Notes: generated from the letters alone by a model not told the origin. A stretch of 63,993 nt of DNA, filler included, from Basidiobolus ranarum (GCA_040143965.1; 5 parts of 5 records of this genome joined end to end with filler, not necessarily neighbours in it); one strand, 5' to 3'. Shown: positions 48,101 to 62,264, counted from the first letter of the whole stretch. Numbers and translations are program-made.

Positions 48101-51100
48101 ATCACTATGCAAATCGACATCTTCCGTTGACCCTTGAATAGTATTGCAAATCTCGTAGATCTCCGCTCGCGTTTCTTGAAGAGAATCGTCACAGGCCTGA
48201 AGTCTTCTTTCAACTTGGTGTACCTCAGTGCAAAGCTCAGAATGTGTTTCGAAAAATAAAGGGGAGACCATCCGTTCACATATATGACAAAGAACATGGG
48301 GAGGAAGAGGTTGAAGCGGCATAGGAGAGCCACTCTGGGAGCCACTTTCAGAGCAATACCCGGAGTTTTTGAACTTATCATCTCTGGTTAAATGACTCCT
48401 CTCAGGGTTTGGGGACTCCTCATTATCCGGAGTGTCTATCTCATCGAAATCCTCACTACCAACAAAACTTAGTTCCGAATCTTTCCAGGAGTCTTCTTCA
48501 CTTTCATTAACTGGTTGAATGACCCAAAGGGTATGCGAGGGCTCACCGTTAATGTGATCTGAATATCCGAGAATTCCTTTAGCCTCCATTGTGGCCCAAT
48601 GTTGAGATTCTTTAGCTCCATCAACATTTTTTCTTAATAGAGAAAATCGAACTTCAATTGTTTGTGTATCGTCGTATAAAAGCTGCGAGGTTGCGATAGA
48701 GAATATATCAGAGTCGCTATCGGGTAAGAATTCAGCTATTGAATGACCCAGAAGAACATGGGGATCCGAACTAAGGGAGGGAAATGATATGAGAAGAATG
48801 ATTCAACGCAGAAGAAAATGCATGTAATATTATACCCCATCAATTCTTTCCAAGCAGGACTTAAGTAACGAAGCTGGGCATCATTGAGTGTAAGCTCCAT
48901 AACAATACTTACGCCTTGGCCTTCCTCAACAACCTTACGGAGCTCGTTAATATCATTCTTGGTTTTGTTGGCGTCAGAACTACTCTTTTTCGCTCGCCGC
49001 CGCTTCTGTTTTGGCTTCACCTCCTTTGGCGAACGGGTACTACGCAAATTCTCCTCCGGGATAACATTCTTTCCATCACCAAGGCGCCCATCTTGCTTAG
49101 CATATTCCTTTTCGAATTTTTCTGCCTCTCGAAGTTGTATACTAATATTCAGATACCCCATAAGAGTCAACAATCGTGAAAATATGTCTTTATGTGGCCA
49201 ATTGTTTTGATACCATTGATTTTGGATTTTGGTCATGATATTTATATAATTCTCCATTTTTCCTTTGGTTAACTTGGATTGATCAATGTCAAGAATATCT
49301 TGACCGATTGATATGAAATCCATTGCTTTCTGTAAGAATGGAGTAGGGCAAAAAGAATCCTCGGCAATTTGAACTACTACTGAGCCACGTCGTTGCAATG
49401 AAACTGGTGCGAGGTTTTCTCGGCTGGCCTGGTTTGCCGCCCAGCGTTGGACTATTTGATCTAACATGGGATTAGCAAGTGTGAAATTATACAGTATATT
49501 TAAAAACCCCACCGTTGCTAGAGTAGTCCGCGATGTTCGACTGATCGTAGTCAAATTTAGGGCTCTCGTGGGCATGCATTAAAACACCAGAATTGGTATC
49601 GAGAATATTAGTAGTAGATACCTCTTTTGGATCCGGGGTAGATTCCTTGTAATGCGAAGCAGGCTGAACTTCGCGATCCATAAAAGACACTGGCTTCGGT
49701 GAGGTAGATAGGACATGCAAATCAGTATTATCCCCTTCATCATCAGCATGGACCGATATAGTTGGTGTTGAGGTAAAAGAGTGGGCCTCCTTTGTACTTG
49801 AATCATCATCACTGTCAACTTCGTTGCGTCCAAATTTAAACTCGGGGTTATGTATGTAGTTTACGACTTGGTCATCATAACTATCATTCGATAAATCATC
49901 CGCGTCGTCTTCTTCCTCAACGTAATTTAAAGTTCCTTCCACAAATTGATTTAGAATTTCAATAAATTCACGGATGAACTGGTCGCATTGTCTTTTACGG
50001 TAACGAATGTCCTTTTCTAAGTTACGCTTAGTTACTTCAGAAGGAAGAGAAGATAGTCTGAAAACCTTTCCATTCCCAGTAGATGAGCACCCAGAATAAG
50101 AAACAGCCCGAGACATGGGAACAAGTTCCGGCAAATGATCGAAAACGAGATGCTTTTTAGAATTAGCCGTTTTGCTTGGTTTTTTCTTTTTGGAATAAGC
50201 CAATGGAGTTGGATGAAGATGAAGGCGTTTGTTACGCTGAAACTCTTCATACGTTGAAGGAAGGTCGAAATTCATGGGTGTTTCTAAAAGTTCATAGCAA
50301 ATGTCAACCACTTGATTCCACCATAGCAAATACTCTCTATTTTTCTTGTATGTATCTAGAGGGCGATCATAACCATCAGCTAAAGGAGGGTTATATATCC
50401 AATTGAACCAATGCGTCTCCGCCGAAGGCTTGTGCCTCGACCAATCTTTGGCTTTGGCAACCCTCGATTGGTACAGTTTACTCGCATACAAGTATGTTGA
50501 ATTCTGGAACAAAGAAGATATATGATGATACTCGTCAGGATACAGATATTTAGCCTCGCTAACAGGAGTACTTGGCTCTGAGGTGGAATACGAATAGGTG
50601 GATGATGGATATGTTGGCTGAACCATATTTAAAGGTTCTGGCTTTGATGATAAACAATTGCTCGGCGATTTTTCACTTGCGATATTTAGTTTTTTTACGG
50701 TATTGATGTTTTCAATTCCTAACGCGTTTTTACCCCACGATTTTGAGATATTATCAGTGAAAGCTTTTGTTGCCTGGAACCGGTTGAGCCTAACATTACT
50801 AACGGATAACACTCGGCGATGCCTTGTTTTTGGAAACTCTGGCTGTTGTAATTTAGAGCTAGGAAATTTTCCACTGTTATGTGATATGTGACCATCATCT
50901 GCAAAATTGGCATCAATAAGTGAGGCCCGTTTAGACCTAACCAAGTACCTTCCACTGAGAGTGGAAGAGGAACTAGCTGAATTGGTTGATGCCAGTGCTA
51001 AAGGAGATTTAGGTCCACTCCCCCATTCACTAGGAGAGCCCTCTCCATTGTAAGATGTGGTACGAGCTCTTCGCCAGGAAGCCAAGTCAGAATCATTGGA

Positions 51101-51367
51101 ACCAGAACTTAAGTCTTGCGGTTTACGAACATTCTCGGAAAACTTGTTGACATTCATCACTGTATCTATCAAGGAGGATCGTCGAGATCTGGTCCATCCT
51201 CTTCCATTAGTTAGAGGGCTAAATACTTTTGAAGATAGACGATTGGAACCGTGCTCATCTTCGAAGTAATTTCCTTCAGTTACGATAGAGGAAGGACGAG
51301 AGGTAGAAGGAAGGCGAGTAGGAGTGGCTAAGGGTGATCCATGGGATCTTGGAGAAGTCGCCTTTTC
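45196..51367 (-). CDS. RIM15: Rim15/Cek1-family (Greatwall-like) Ser/Thr kinase with PAS-like region, split kinase domain and C-terminal receiver domain; 5' end off the contig
   Basis: [11 protein letters not shown] (PAS-like), [42 protein letters not shown] + insert + [12 protein letters not shown] domain LIVDDN...[11 protein letters not shown]...IIAVTA. Several GT-AG introns; frame open to the contig edge. Confidence 0.95.
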
Positions 51368-51467
51368 NNNNNNNNNNNNNNNNNNNNNNNNNNNNNNNNN
51401 NNNNNNNNNNNTTAATTAATTAANNNNNNNNNNNNNNNNNNNNNNNNNNNNNNNNNNNNNNNNNNNN
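51368..51467. other. Artificial contig linker
   Basis: N44-TTAATTAATTAA-N44. Confidence 0.98.
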
Positions 51468-52800
<1,333 letters not shown>

Positions 52801-53178
52801 TTTTCAAGTGACTTATAATAGCACTAAAGAGTAATTAAAAATGATATCAAGCTAATTCCCTAAACTCCCTGAAATCATTACCATCATGAAGAAGTTTCCA
52901 TTTCATCTCACATCTCATATCTCGCACCTCGCATTTCCTATCCCAAATCTCACATTATCTCAAAATTTTCCATACATTTTTGTTCAACTAATTTCAATCC
53001 ATTTTTACCCAAGTATTCCATGTCCATGGTGATTAGTTAAAAGTTTGATGGCATATCTCATTACATAGTTAAATTTTTTAGGAAAAAAAGAAAAAAAATT
53101 CCTTACACTAGATATGTTCGATTTACGAGATATACTGACTACACGTAAATCTTTGGCTTAGCTAGTGACATTATTACT

Positions 53179-55809
53179 ATGTGGGAAGTACGTGATATTG
53201 AAACGAAGAATACAGAGAGCGTAGTTAAAACTGAAGCTCCAGTCAAAACTCCTGCCAAAACTCCCGCCAAATCTTCCAAAAAGACGACAGCCAAGGAACC
53301 AGTCAAAACTCCCTCCAAAACTCAAATCAAAGCACATAATAAAAAATTACGTAAAGCTAACGAAAAGGAGACCGTAGCTGAGTCCGAATGGGAAAAATTA
53401 TCCAACTTTGCACCTCCACCTCTCCCAGGCAAACAAGAAGATGAAGTATTCATAGCCGGTTCTAAAAAAAGAAAGGCTAACAAAAAACGTAAGAGAGGAA
53501 ACGAACAAAAAGTCGTCCAGTCTCAGGATTTCGAAGATATTGGTGTCGATGATTTGAACTCTTTGGATTGGTCTGAAGTATCTTACCCAAAGCAAATGCT
53601 CTTGAGTGATGAATTAGGTGGTTTTGTTTGTTTGGAGGAGATCGATGGTATCGACTGTGACTGGATTGGTGACGAGAATTCTGGCCGTATGATTAAATTC
53701 AAGGTATATTTCGATAAGATATGTAGCTAACAGTCGTTTCGTTTACTCAAACTATTTTATATTGTTTCACAGAAAGCTAAAGTCAGTAATGCAACCAACA
53801 AGGGGAAACGTGCTACTCCTGAGACTCCTTTGACCCCCGGAGAAAGCGAGGAATTTATTGATTTGGATACTTTTGTTGAAACTGACAAAAAACCCAGCAA
53901 GAAATCCAACAAAAATAAGCCTATGAATCTCGAAGTGATTGAAAATAATGATGAAGAACTAGAGAGTATGGAAAGTGATGATCAAGTTGAAGATGAAGAG
54001 GAGAAGGAGAGTGAGGACGAAGCCGAGGTTCAAGAGGAGAGTGCAGAGGAGGCTGAAGTTGAAGAGGAAACTGGCGATGATCATTTTGATCCCGAATTTG
54101 ATATTTCTGGTTGGGAAAAATACGGTCTTGCTGAACCAATTCAAAATGCCCTTAAGAAGCTACAGTTTGGTAGTCCCACCAATATTCAGGAGAAGACTCT
54201 CTCTCTTGCATTGGAAGGTAGGGATATCATTGGTGCTGCTGAGACAGGTTCCGGTAAAACTCTGGCATTTGGCTTGCCAATCATTCAACACTTGATTTTG
54301 AATGCTGACCAAGAAAGAGAAGGACAGACCGCACTCATATTGACTCCCACTCGTGAACTTGCTATTCAAGTTACTGATCATTTGAAGGCCATCGCACAAT
54401 TCGCTAAAGCTCGTATCATCTCCATTGTCGGAGGTATGTCTATCCAAAAGCAAACTAGGCTGATGAAAGCTACTCCCGACATCATTGTCGCTACCCCAGG
54501 TCGTCTGTGGGAGTTATGTTCTGAGAACGATATTTTCGCGGCAAACCTTCAAAAGATCAAATTCCTTGTGCTTGATGAAGCTGATAGAATGTTGGAACCT
54601 GGTCACTTCAAGGAGTTGAGCTATATCCTTAGTACTATCTCAAACAAGAAGAAAGACACCAACCACATGATGGAAGGTGAAGAGCCCAGCGAAAGCACCG
54701 AGGTAGAAGAAGCTGTACAGCAAAAACAAACATTCATCTTCTCTGCTACTATCAGTCAAGATCTTCAAGTTTTCACACGCAAACAGAAGAGAAAAATCAA
54801 CAAGAGATCCAACGACAGCTCAATGCAAAGTTTAATGAATCGTATTGAATTTAAAGACCCCGAGCCTTGCTTTATTGATTGCACCAGCTCAGACATCATG
54901 GCAACCACTCTGATAGAAGCGCGTATCGACTGTGTCATGAAGGACAAGGATGTTTACATGTACTACTTCTTGGTGAGATATCCAGGAAGAACACTGGTAT
55001 TTGTCAATAGTATCGATGCTATCCGCCGTATATTACCATTCTTAAAAACTCTCGGAGTTGAGGCCTACGGACTCCACGCTCAAATGCAACAACGTCAGAG
55101 ATTAAAGAATATTGATAGATTCAAGTCGAATCCGAAGGCAGTATTGATTGCTTCTGATGTTGCCGCGCGTGGTTTGGATATCCCACTTGTAGAGCATGTA
55201 TTGCACTATCAACTCCCCAGATCTGGTGAGATTTACGTGCACAGAAGTGGTCGTACTGCTCGTGCCAAAAAGGACGGTATCAGTGTAGCCTTAGTTTGTC
55301 CAGAAGAACTCACCCTCTACAAGAAGATTTGCCACGTTTTAGGAAAGCAAAAGGGACTCTCTGAGTTCCCTGTTGATCGTACTCTGATCACTTCTATGAG
55401 AGAACGTGTTGCTTTGGCTGTTAAAATTGATGAAGAAGAGCACAAAAATAACAAGGCCACCAACGATTCCAATTGGCTGAAGAAGAACGCCGAGGCTTGG
55501 GATATTGAGCTCGATGAGGAAAGCCAGGATTCGGAGGGAGAACAGATTTCAAAAAAGCATGTTTCAAAATCCAAAGCCAAAATAGCCTCATGGAGAGCTC
55601 AATTGAAACACCTGTTGCAGCAGCCAATTCTCCCCCACGGTAGCTCCGGTAAATATCTTACCAGTGGTATCATACGGGATTTAGCCGAAAGATTGAACGA
55701 TATCGGACACAATGCCATCTTACCTGCCGAGAAGGTAACTAATGCTGTACAGGATATCAAGGAAAGAGGAATCAAGCTGGGTAAGAAGAAAGAGAAGGGT
55801 AGAAATTAG
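53179..55809 (+). CDS. MAK5: DEAD-box RNA helicase Mak5/DDX24
   Basis: GGFVCLEEID N-terminal motif, AETGSGKTLAF, PTRELA, DEAD, SAT, YPGRTLVFVNSI, ARGLDIP, YVHRSGRTARA. Intron 53704-53772; the start could lie slightly upstream. Confidence 0.94.
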
Positions 55810-56310
55810 AACAACATATATGTTTACCCATACCCCTAGCCCTAACCCTTAGAGACACTGTAATCTATTATATTCAAGTCAAATGCCCTCTTCTAAATCC
55901 CTTCTATTTTGTGTACTAAATAAACGTTGTACGGAAAAGACACCAAACGATGTTACAATTGATAAGAGCACTTTGGATACCAACGATTATAGGTAGATTG
56001 AGTTTGATTCGGGGTAATCGACCATTCTTTATATATTAATACAATATACTGTTAAAATAAATAGTACTGACCAAAGTGGATCATTGGGATTGAATTTAGC
56101 AGGTGATGAGAGTCTAGTAAGTCTATGGAATCGAACAAATCTGAGTTGTAAAGTGAGGTCTTGTCTAGACCGTAGAAAATGTGGAGAGCAGTCTGTTCTA
56201 GACTTCAGAATACTTTCTCACAGTAGAAACAGTAACCAAGTTTGAAGCTATAAAATCGAGGCGTACTGTTCACTCCAAACACATTAACAAACAATCTCAT
56301 TTTATTCAAT

Positions 56311-56520
56311 ATGTTCACCTCTATCGCTCGTACCAGACTCTCTACCCAAGCCTTTGCTCCCATCATCCGTCGCAATGTCCACGTTGACCACTCCAATGCT
56401 CAATATGCCAAGTCAAAGGGCCTCGTCGCTCCTGTAGCTTTCTTAACCGGCTCCTGTGTATTCATGTATGCTTGTATCATGGCTGCTCTACCCACTCAAC
56501 CTAGAAAGGAACAAGTCTAG
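56311..56520 (+). CDS. 69-aa putative mitochondrial single-TM microprotein
   Basis: Arg/Ser/Thr-rich acid-free presequence (MFTSIARTRLSTQAFAPIIRR), one hydrophobic segment, codon usage like the ribosomal-protein genes, TATAAAA ~60 bp upstream. Confidence 0.75.
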   Translation: MFTSIARTRLSTQAFAPIIRRNVHVDHSNAQYAKSKGLVAPVAFLTGSCVFMYACIMAALPTQPRKEQV

Positions 56521-56872
56521 ATAATTTCTTGTACGAACAAAAGGGTCTCTTAGATCAAATGTAAAAATAATCCCAAGTCATTAAAGAACTTTAACTCGAA
56601 ACTCGTTCACTTTTGTTTCAATCGATAAAAGCTGGAGATACCGACCAACTATTCTAGATTAAACATACTCCATATTTTTGGTCTAGAGCTAGATCAGCCT
56701 TTTCTCATGTGTTACGTTGATTCTTAGTTTCAATATCGTTGATTATTTGACACACTTTATTATGAAGGTAGTACGAATGAGAGGGATATAGTAATTCTAA
56801 TGGAAGGCTGGTTGAGCAAGAATAAAGTGACAATTATTTTACAAAACTTGTGTCGAACAAACATTTAATGAA

Positions 56873-59110
56873 CTAAGTAGAGCCATAGCTGGGAATAAGT
56901 GCTTTAAATACCGCTACAAGTTCCTTATTAATAGAAAGATTGTTTTCCGATAATTTCGTCTTAAATTCAGTTCTGCACATAGGACATATCTGACCGAAGC
57001 AGCTAATTGATTGTTTGAGGCAACCCTCACACACACTGTGCGAACACTGAGGAGTAGTAACAGGGTTCTCCACCATATCTTGGCAAACTGGACAAAGAAA
57101 TTCTTTTTCCGCTATGATTTCTAGAAATTCTTTCATGTTTCGGGCGCGTGACTCAAGAACCGCTTTCCAAGCACGTTTGCTTTGTACATCTTGAGCGATT
57201 AGATCTAAAATTTCTTGTCGAGGGCTAAATCTACATACTTCCACTATCAAACCTTTCTCCCCAAAATCTTCATGACTCTCATGTTTGGGTTTTTTGTGGG
57301 TTTCTGCTGTGAAGGCCTCATTATCACTCGTATCACTAATCACAACGACTTTTCTTTTGTCTTTTGCTGAGCTTTTTTTCGCCTTTGCGCTCTCCACAGC
57401 TTTGTTTGCAAGTTCGGGAGGGCAATACATTGTAAGACCTAGTTCACGAATACGTCTGGCTCCCTCTTCGGTCCAAGGAGCGGGCTCGGGATCATCTCTA
57501 CGGAAAAGGAATCTCTATGAGATGTGTTAGATAATTTTAAGTGTTTGTAGGTATTTTTGGTCTCATATTGCTTACCCAAACGATAAACCCAGAAAACCCT
57601 GCTTGAGGCCAGTACTACTTAACGAGTAATCAGTGATTAGTATTGCTGAATCTATGTAGAAAATCCAAGACCTTTACCCACCTTAACTAGCTTATAAAGA
57701 CCATCATAACGGACACCATCTGTAGGTGCATACTTGGGATTGTGTTTTGCAGCTTTATAACTTCTGACCACTCGAACAGGTGCGCTTTTTTTCCAATCTT
57801 TAGCCTCCGCTCCATCTACATCATTGAAAGGAGCATCACACGTTCTGGCCAAAGCCATATTATATCTAGTCAAAACTTGATCCTCTGATTGTTCAGCAAC
57901 ACGTTTGTTACCAGTCTTAAGATCACGACCACCGGAGCCAGTATAGAAGAATTCATCCCCATTATCAACATCCTCAGGATAACCCCCAGCCAGAACAATC
58001 GACAATGCTCCAGTCTTGCTAGAACCAGCGATACCACCTACAGGAGGTCTGCGTCAAAAAAAAGATTAGTTACGAATTGGTGTATATACTTGATTTAATA
58101 CACCGCACCGATGAACACCTGCTTCGCTAAGATGAATTCGGTATTTCCATGAAGATCCGACTGGAATACCAGGAATGGCACCCACGTGATTTGGTTTAAC
58201 GATAGAACATTTTTTCTCAACACCGGCACAAGCCATACCTCCACCCCATTTCTTCTTTTGGGTAGCAGATGGCATCTTAGCCTTTCGCGTTTGGGACATA
58301 TTGATATATTGACCAGGCTGAATGATATTAGCTGGATCATTAAAACAATTATCACAATACCTATAAACAGATAAAATTATAAACAAATGTAGAGAGAAAG
58401 CGATTTCAATCTTTTAAGCGAGATTATTACCAATCATCTTCTGGAATCTTATGTAAAGGAGGGTTCAAGCATTTCATATGAAAATACATTTGGCATTCCT
58501 CGCATACTAGAGTGGTTTCTTCGTCTTCTTTGCCACCACAAACGTTACAACCACAGTCCTTACACTTTTTCTTATCATTATTGTTACATTGAGCACATAC
58601 GTAGTCATCAGTTGATATCGGGGTACTTGTAGCCTCACTAGGTGTATTAGGGACTATCTGCAGCTTTGCATCGAGATCCTGAGAACTAACAATAGTTGTC
58701 TCCAAATTTGCAGAAGTAGGAGTGGAAACGGAAGAGTCAGTAGAATTGAAGGATTGAGGAATGGTAGGAGAGGGAGATTCCTCCTCTTCCAATGGAATAT
58801 CGGCTTTCAAAAAAACGAGAATGGTGTCATTGTTTCGAACGTTGTAATCGAAGACTTTATGTTTGTTTTCCAACTAGATCATTAAGACTGGTAAATAAAG
58901 AAAACCTAAAAAAATACTCAAAATGGTTCTCACTTCAAAGAAAAGCTAAAGTACCTGTTTACCAGAATAAATCAAACGCAATCTGTTAACTGGATATTGA
59001 GTTTTTCCTAAAGCTATAGAAATCCGTTGACGAACAACAGAAATGGTGTCTAACTTCTCTGCTGTGATAATAACATGATTTCCATCACTTGTACGAATAT
59101 TTATAAGCAT
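56873..59110 (-). CDS. UHRF1: UHRF1-like protein: UBL - PHD - SRA/YDG - RING, ~6 exons, no tandem Tudor
   Basis: UBL ([27 protein letters not shown]); PHD ([31 protein letters not shown]); SRA ([64 protein letters not shown]); RING ([17 protein letters not shown]). Confidence 0.93.
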
Positions 59111-59309
59111 AGTTAGTATACAAGAATTGAGAGCAGTGAAAAGTATCACTTCGAAGTCAAAAGTAGGTGACAAGTGTTATGAAAATTTTACACTCGTTGG
59201 ATTATTTACATTTGTTTATTATTATTATCAAAACAATATATATAGTAGTCCGAATTGAATCACTAAATAGTAATTTGCATCTGTAAAACAATCATGTAAT
59301 CTAGTGAGT

Positions 59310-59328
59310 GGCGCGAAATGCAACGCGT
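59310..59328 (-). promoter_or_regulatory. E2F/SCB-type site (TTTCGCGCC) next to an MCB box (ACGCGT)
   Basis: GGCGCGAAA at 59310-59318 and ACGCGT at 59323-59328, ~200 bp upstream of the UHRF1-like ATG in AT-rich DNA. Confidence 0.6.
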
Positions 59329-59515
59329 ATGGACAATAAGCGTGAATGTATGCTCACTATTTCAGGAGTTAACTAAGCACACAATGAAAGTGGGTTTAAT
59401 GTCAAAAATTGGAGTTCCGTTAGAAAAGTATATCACATGGTTATTGTGTATAGATAGGTTAAAGATAAATCTATAGTCAGAAAGTAAGCGTATACTAGGT
59501 AGTAGTGACTAGGAA

Positions 59516-60573
59516 CTATGACTGAATTTCATAAATAGGAGGGAGTTCATCAGCGGGGCCAAGTCCATTATATGCTGGTGGCGGGAGTAAAACCTCGTTG
59601 AATTCAAACGGCTGTACGACGATGGAAAATCGATGAATTACTGTGTCCAGAATCATTCCTCCCCTAGATATACAGAATTTAACCACAAGTTTGTGACTGA
59701 CTTCGATGTGATTTGGCCCGCAGTCACTTTTAACGCAGTCAGGAACCTGAACAAGAATACTCACTTCCCAGTTATTTACATTTTCAGGTCGTGAATAGTC
59801 TTGGACGAGATTGGATAGCTTTTTACTTTGTACTGAAGGTCGAATGAAACTTGCACTCCGGTAAATAGTGTATTCACGCATACTTGACTGGATGCGATCT
59901 ACCTCCAGGTGGGGATCTGTCATATAAAAATGAAACGTTACAGGAAATACCTCTCCCGGGGCAAATGTATTGGTGGGAATAGCTGCCTCATAATACATTC
60001 GTGATGCCCAAGTACCAGTGATGATAGTAGTAGCAGTTTCGGGAAAATCCCAGGAAATGGGAAGAGGAGCCCTATAAATTGTAAGAGGACACGAGGCTTT
60101 TAAAGTACGGTGGAAACCGGGTCTTTCGAGAATAGCGTAGAGTTTATAAAAGATTTTTCCATGTGACACCTTAACGCTTTCTGGTATCTTTCCACTCAGT
60201 GGAAATTCAAAATCGTACCGATGTTGACTACTAGATAAAGTGTGGAGTGTGTTAGATGCCTCAAGGATAGGCCAGTTTTCATCTACAAGTATCTGCTCCT
60301 TCCTAGGCATATCTGCAATCAAGCATTATGTAATTCAATTACTAATTGTAATTCTCAAAAAAACTATATAACGATGTTTTTACCACTAGTCATTTTAAGC
60401 TTCAGCGTTCCTTTTAGTCTCAATGAAATGCTTTTCACCCTTGTATTTTTAAGCATATTAACACACACAGCTCCACGCAGTGCACACCCTACTGATTGTT
60501 CTGGTGAACCATGCATTGTAAGCGTATCCTCATATAGAAGAATCTCGAGCGGACTCTGCGTACTTGCTTCCAT
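59516..60573 (-). CDS. Alpha-arrestin (ART/ARRDC-like), 2 exons
   Basis: LRGAV....VKSISLRLKG, YDFEFPLSGKIPES...GKIFYKLYA, IEVSHKLVV, C-terminal PPPAY and LPPIY. Intron 60313-60383. Confidence 0.9.
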
Positions 60574-61704
60574 ATGGTTTTATAGAATGTGAGCTGAAAT
60601 AAGAATGTAGTACTTAGTAAAAGCAATCAGCAACAATCTAGGCCATTTGATGATTATTTATACATTCCATCGCCGGTTAGAAAAACCTATCTCACGAGAT
60701 CCCGAACCACTCTACCCAGAATTAGATACATACTAGTGTATTATGCATTATGCATTACTCATCGCAACTCAGATGACTCTCATGAGATTTTTATGTTTGA
60801 ATCTTATTATTATTATTACCAGGATAAGATCTATTGTCCACGTCTTAGCTTGCCAATCGTGCCCTAGTAAACTACTGGCTATCTCGCACTAGTTTACTTG
60901 ATATGGTATACTCCTCACACTAACTATTTTCACCTTAATCTCCAGTACAAGTATCGAGCACAGTGACTAGATTGCCAGATAGAGAGCATTTCCTCTGAGA
61001 TGGCCATTCTTGGCTAGTGGAGTTGCTTGCCGGGTTAATTCCGATCATACAAGTGTTTACCATCGCCATCATCTTTGTGATGCTCAATTACGGAAGGAAG
61101 CTGGAGTAGACAATGTCAAATATCAAGAAATATTATAATAGTGATAACCTTTTCGTGCACCAACTGACTAATCAATCAGACAAATTAAAGCATGCATTGA
61201 TTGAAGCCTCAACAAGCCTAGAAACTGCATAAATCAAGTCTTATATACCCCTCGTGACTCATTCAACTGATAGATGGTTGGTAGGAATGTCTTGCATAGG
61301 GTGTAGGACGTCAAGGGGCAGTTGTTGGTAGTATCTAAGCCACAGCATGCTATATAGTAGAGTGGACTTGCAAGCCAAAACGAGTCAAAATAATCAAGAA
61401 CTAAATCGCGTCATTCTGAACCTGTCAATCGAGACAAGTCTACACAGGAACTGGGGTTGTGATGAGCAGTCCAGGTAATTCCATGTTGAAAGTCTAGCCA
61501 ATAGTTTATTTAGATAAGGAAAGCGGATAATTCTAAGAACCTTGTTTTTTTTCCTAACCGGTTATCTCCGATCCAATGAAGTTACTATTGTGGAACATTG
61601 GAGGTGAGAGCTACTGTTTATATATTATGGCACTAGCCGAGAGTATTTAAAAGGACAGGTAGATATCTTGACTACTATCACATTTACATCTTTTCCAAAC
61701 CACG

Positions 61705-61971
61705 ATGAACTCTTTCAGTCAAAATTCGCAGAACAGCAGCTTCGTACATGATGAGCCTTCTCACACCCGCTCTTTTTCCTACATGCTTAAGCCCTATATG
61801 TCAGAAGAGTCTCTTTCGGATATTGCATTAGAGGGCTTTCGAGGATCTTTTTCTTCTTCTGACTTTTCACAATACAAGCACGATGAATTAGAGCCTGAGC
61901 AAAACGAACAATCAAGTTCTAACTTGGACTTTTTCCTAATGTTGACCTTAGGTGCCACCTTGTTACTCTAA
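61705..61971 (+). CDS. Hypothetical 88-aa Ser-rich protein with a hydrophobic C-terminus
   Basis: ATG ORF with TATTTAAAA ~60 bp upstream; ends FFLMLTLGATLLL. Confidence 0.5.
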   Translation: MNSFSQNSQNSSFVHDEPSHTRSFSYMLKPYMSEESLSDIALEGFRGSFSSSDFSQYKHDELEPEQNEQSSSNLDFFLMLTLGATLLL

Positions 61972-62264
61972 GTTTCCTGAATATTTTCACATCTCTGTAT
62001 ATAATCTTTAAATATCCTGTAGAAGACTGTAATCAGAACCTTCTTCAATCTAATTACATTAAAACAACGATTTATCCTATTTTTTATCCTATTTTTTCCT
62101 ACGCGGATTGTTTCAGTCGTATCTGTGGCAATTTTAAATTACACAATTCATATTGTACAGTTCCTTCAACCCCGGCATGTGTCTCAAAGTACTGATAAGA
62201 TACATCACATCAATCAAATTTATTGGATAGCTTTGTGTCATCGATTGTGCTGATTTTAGTACTA

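Noticed and set aside
55834-55852. Telomere-like CCCTAGCCCTAACCCT (also GGGTTAAGGTTAAGGG at ~40721)
   Set aside because: Only 2-3 imperfect units at internal positions.
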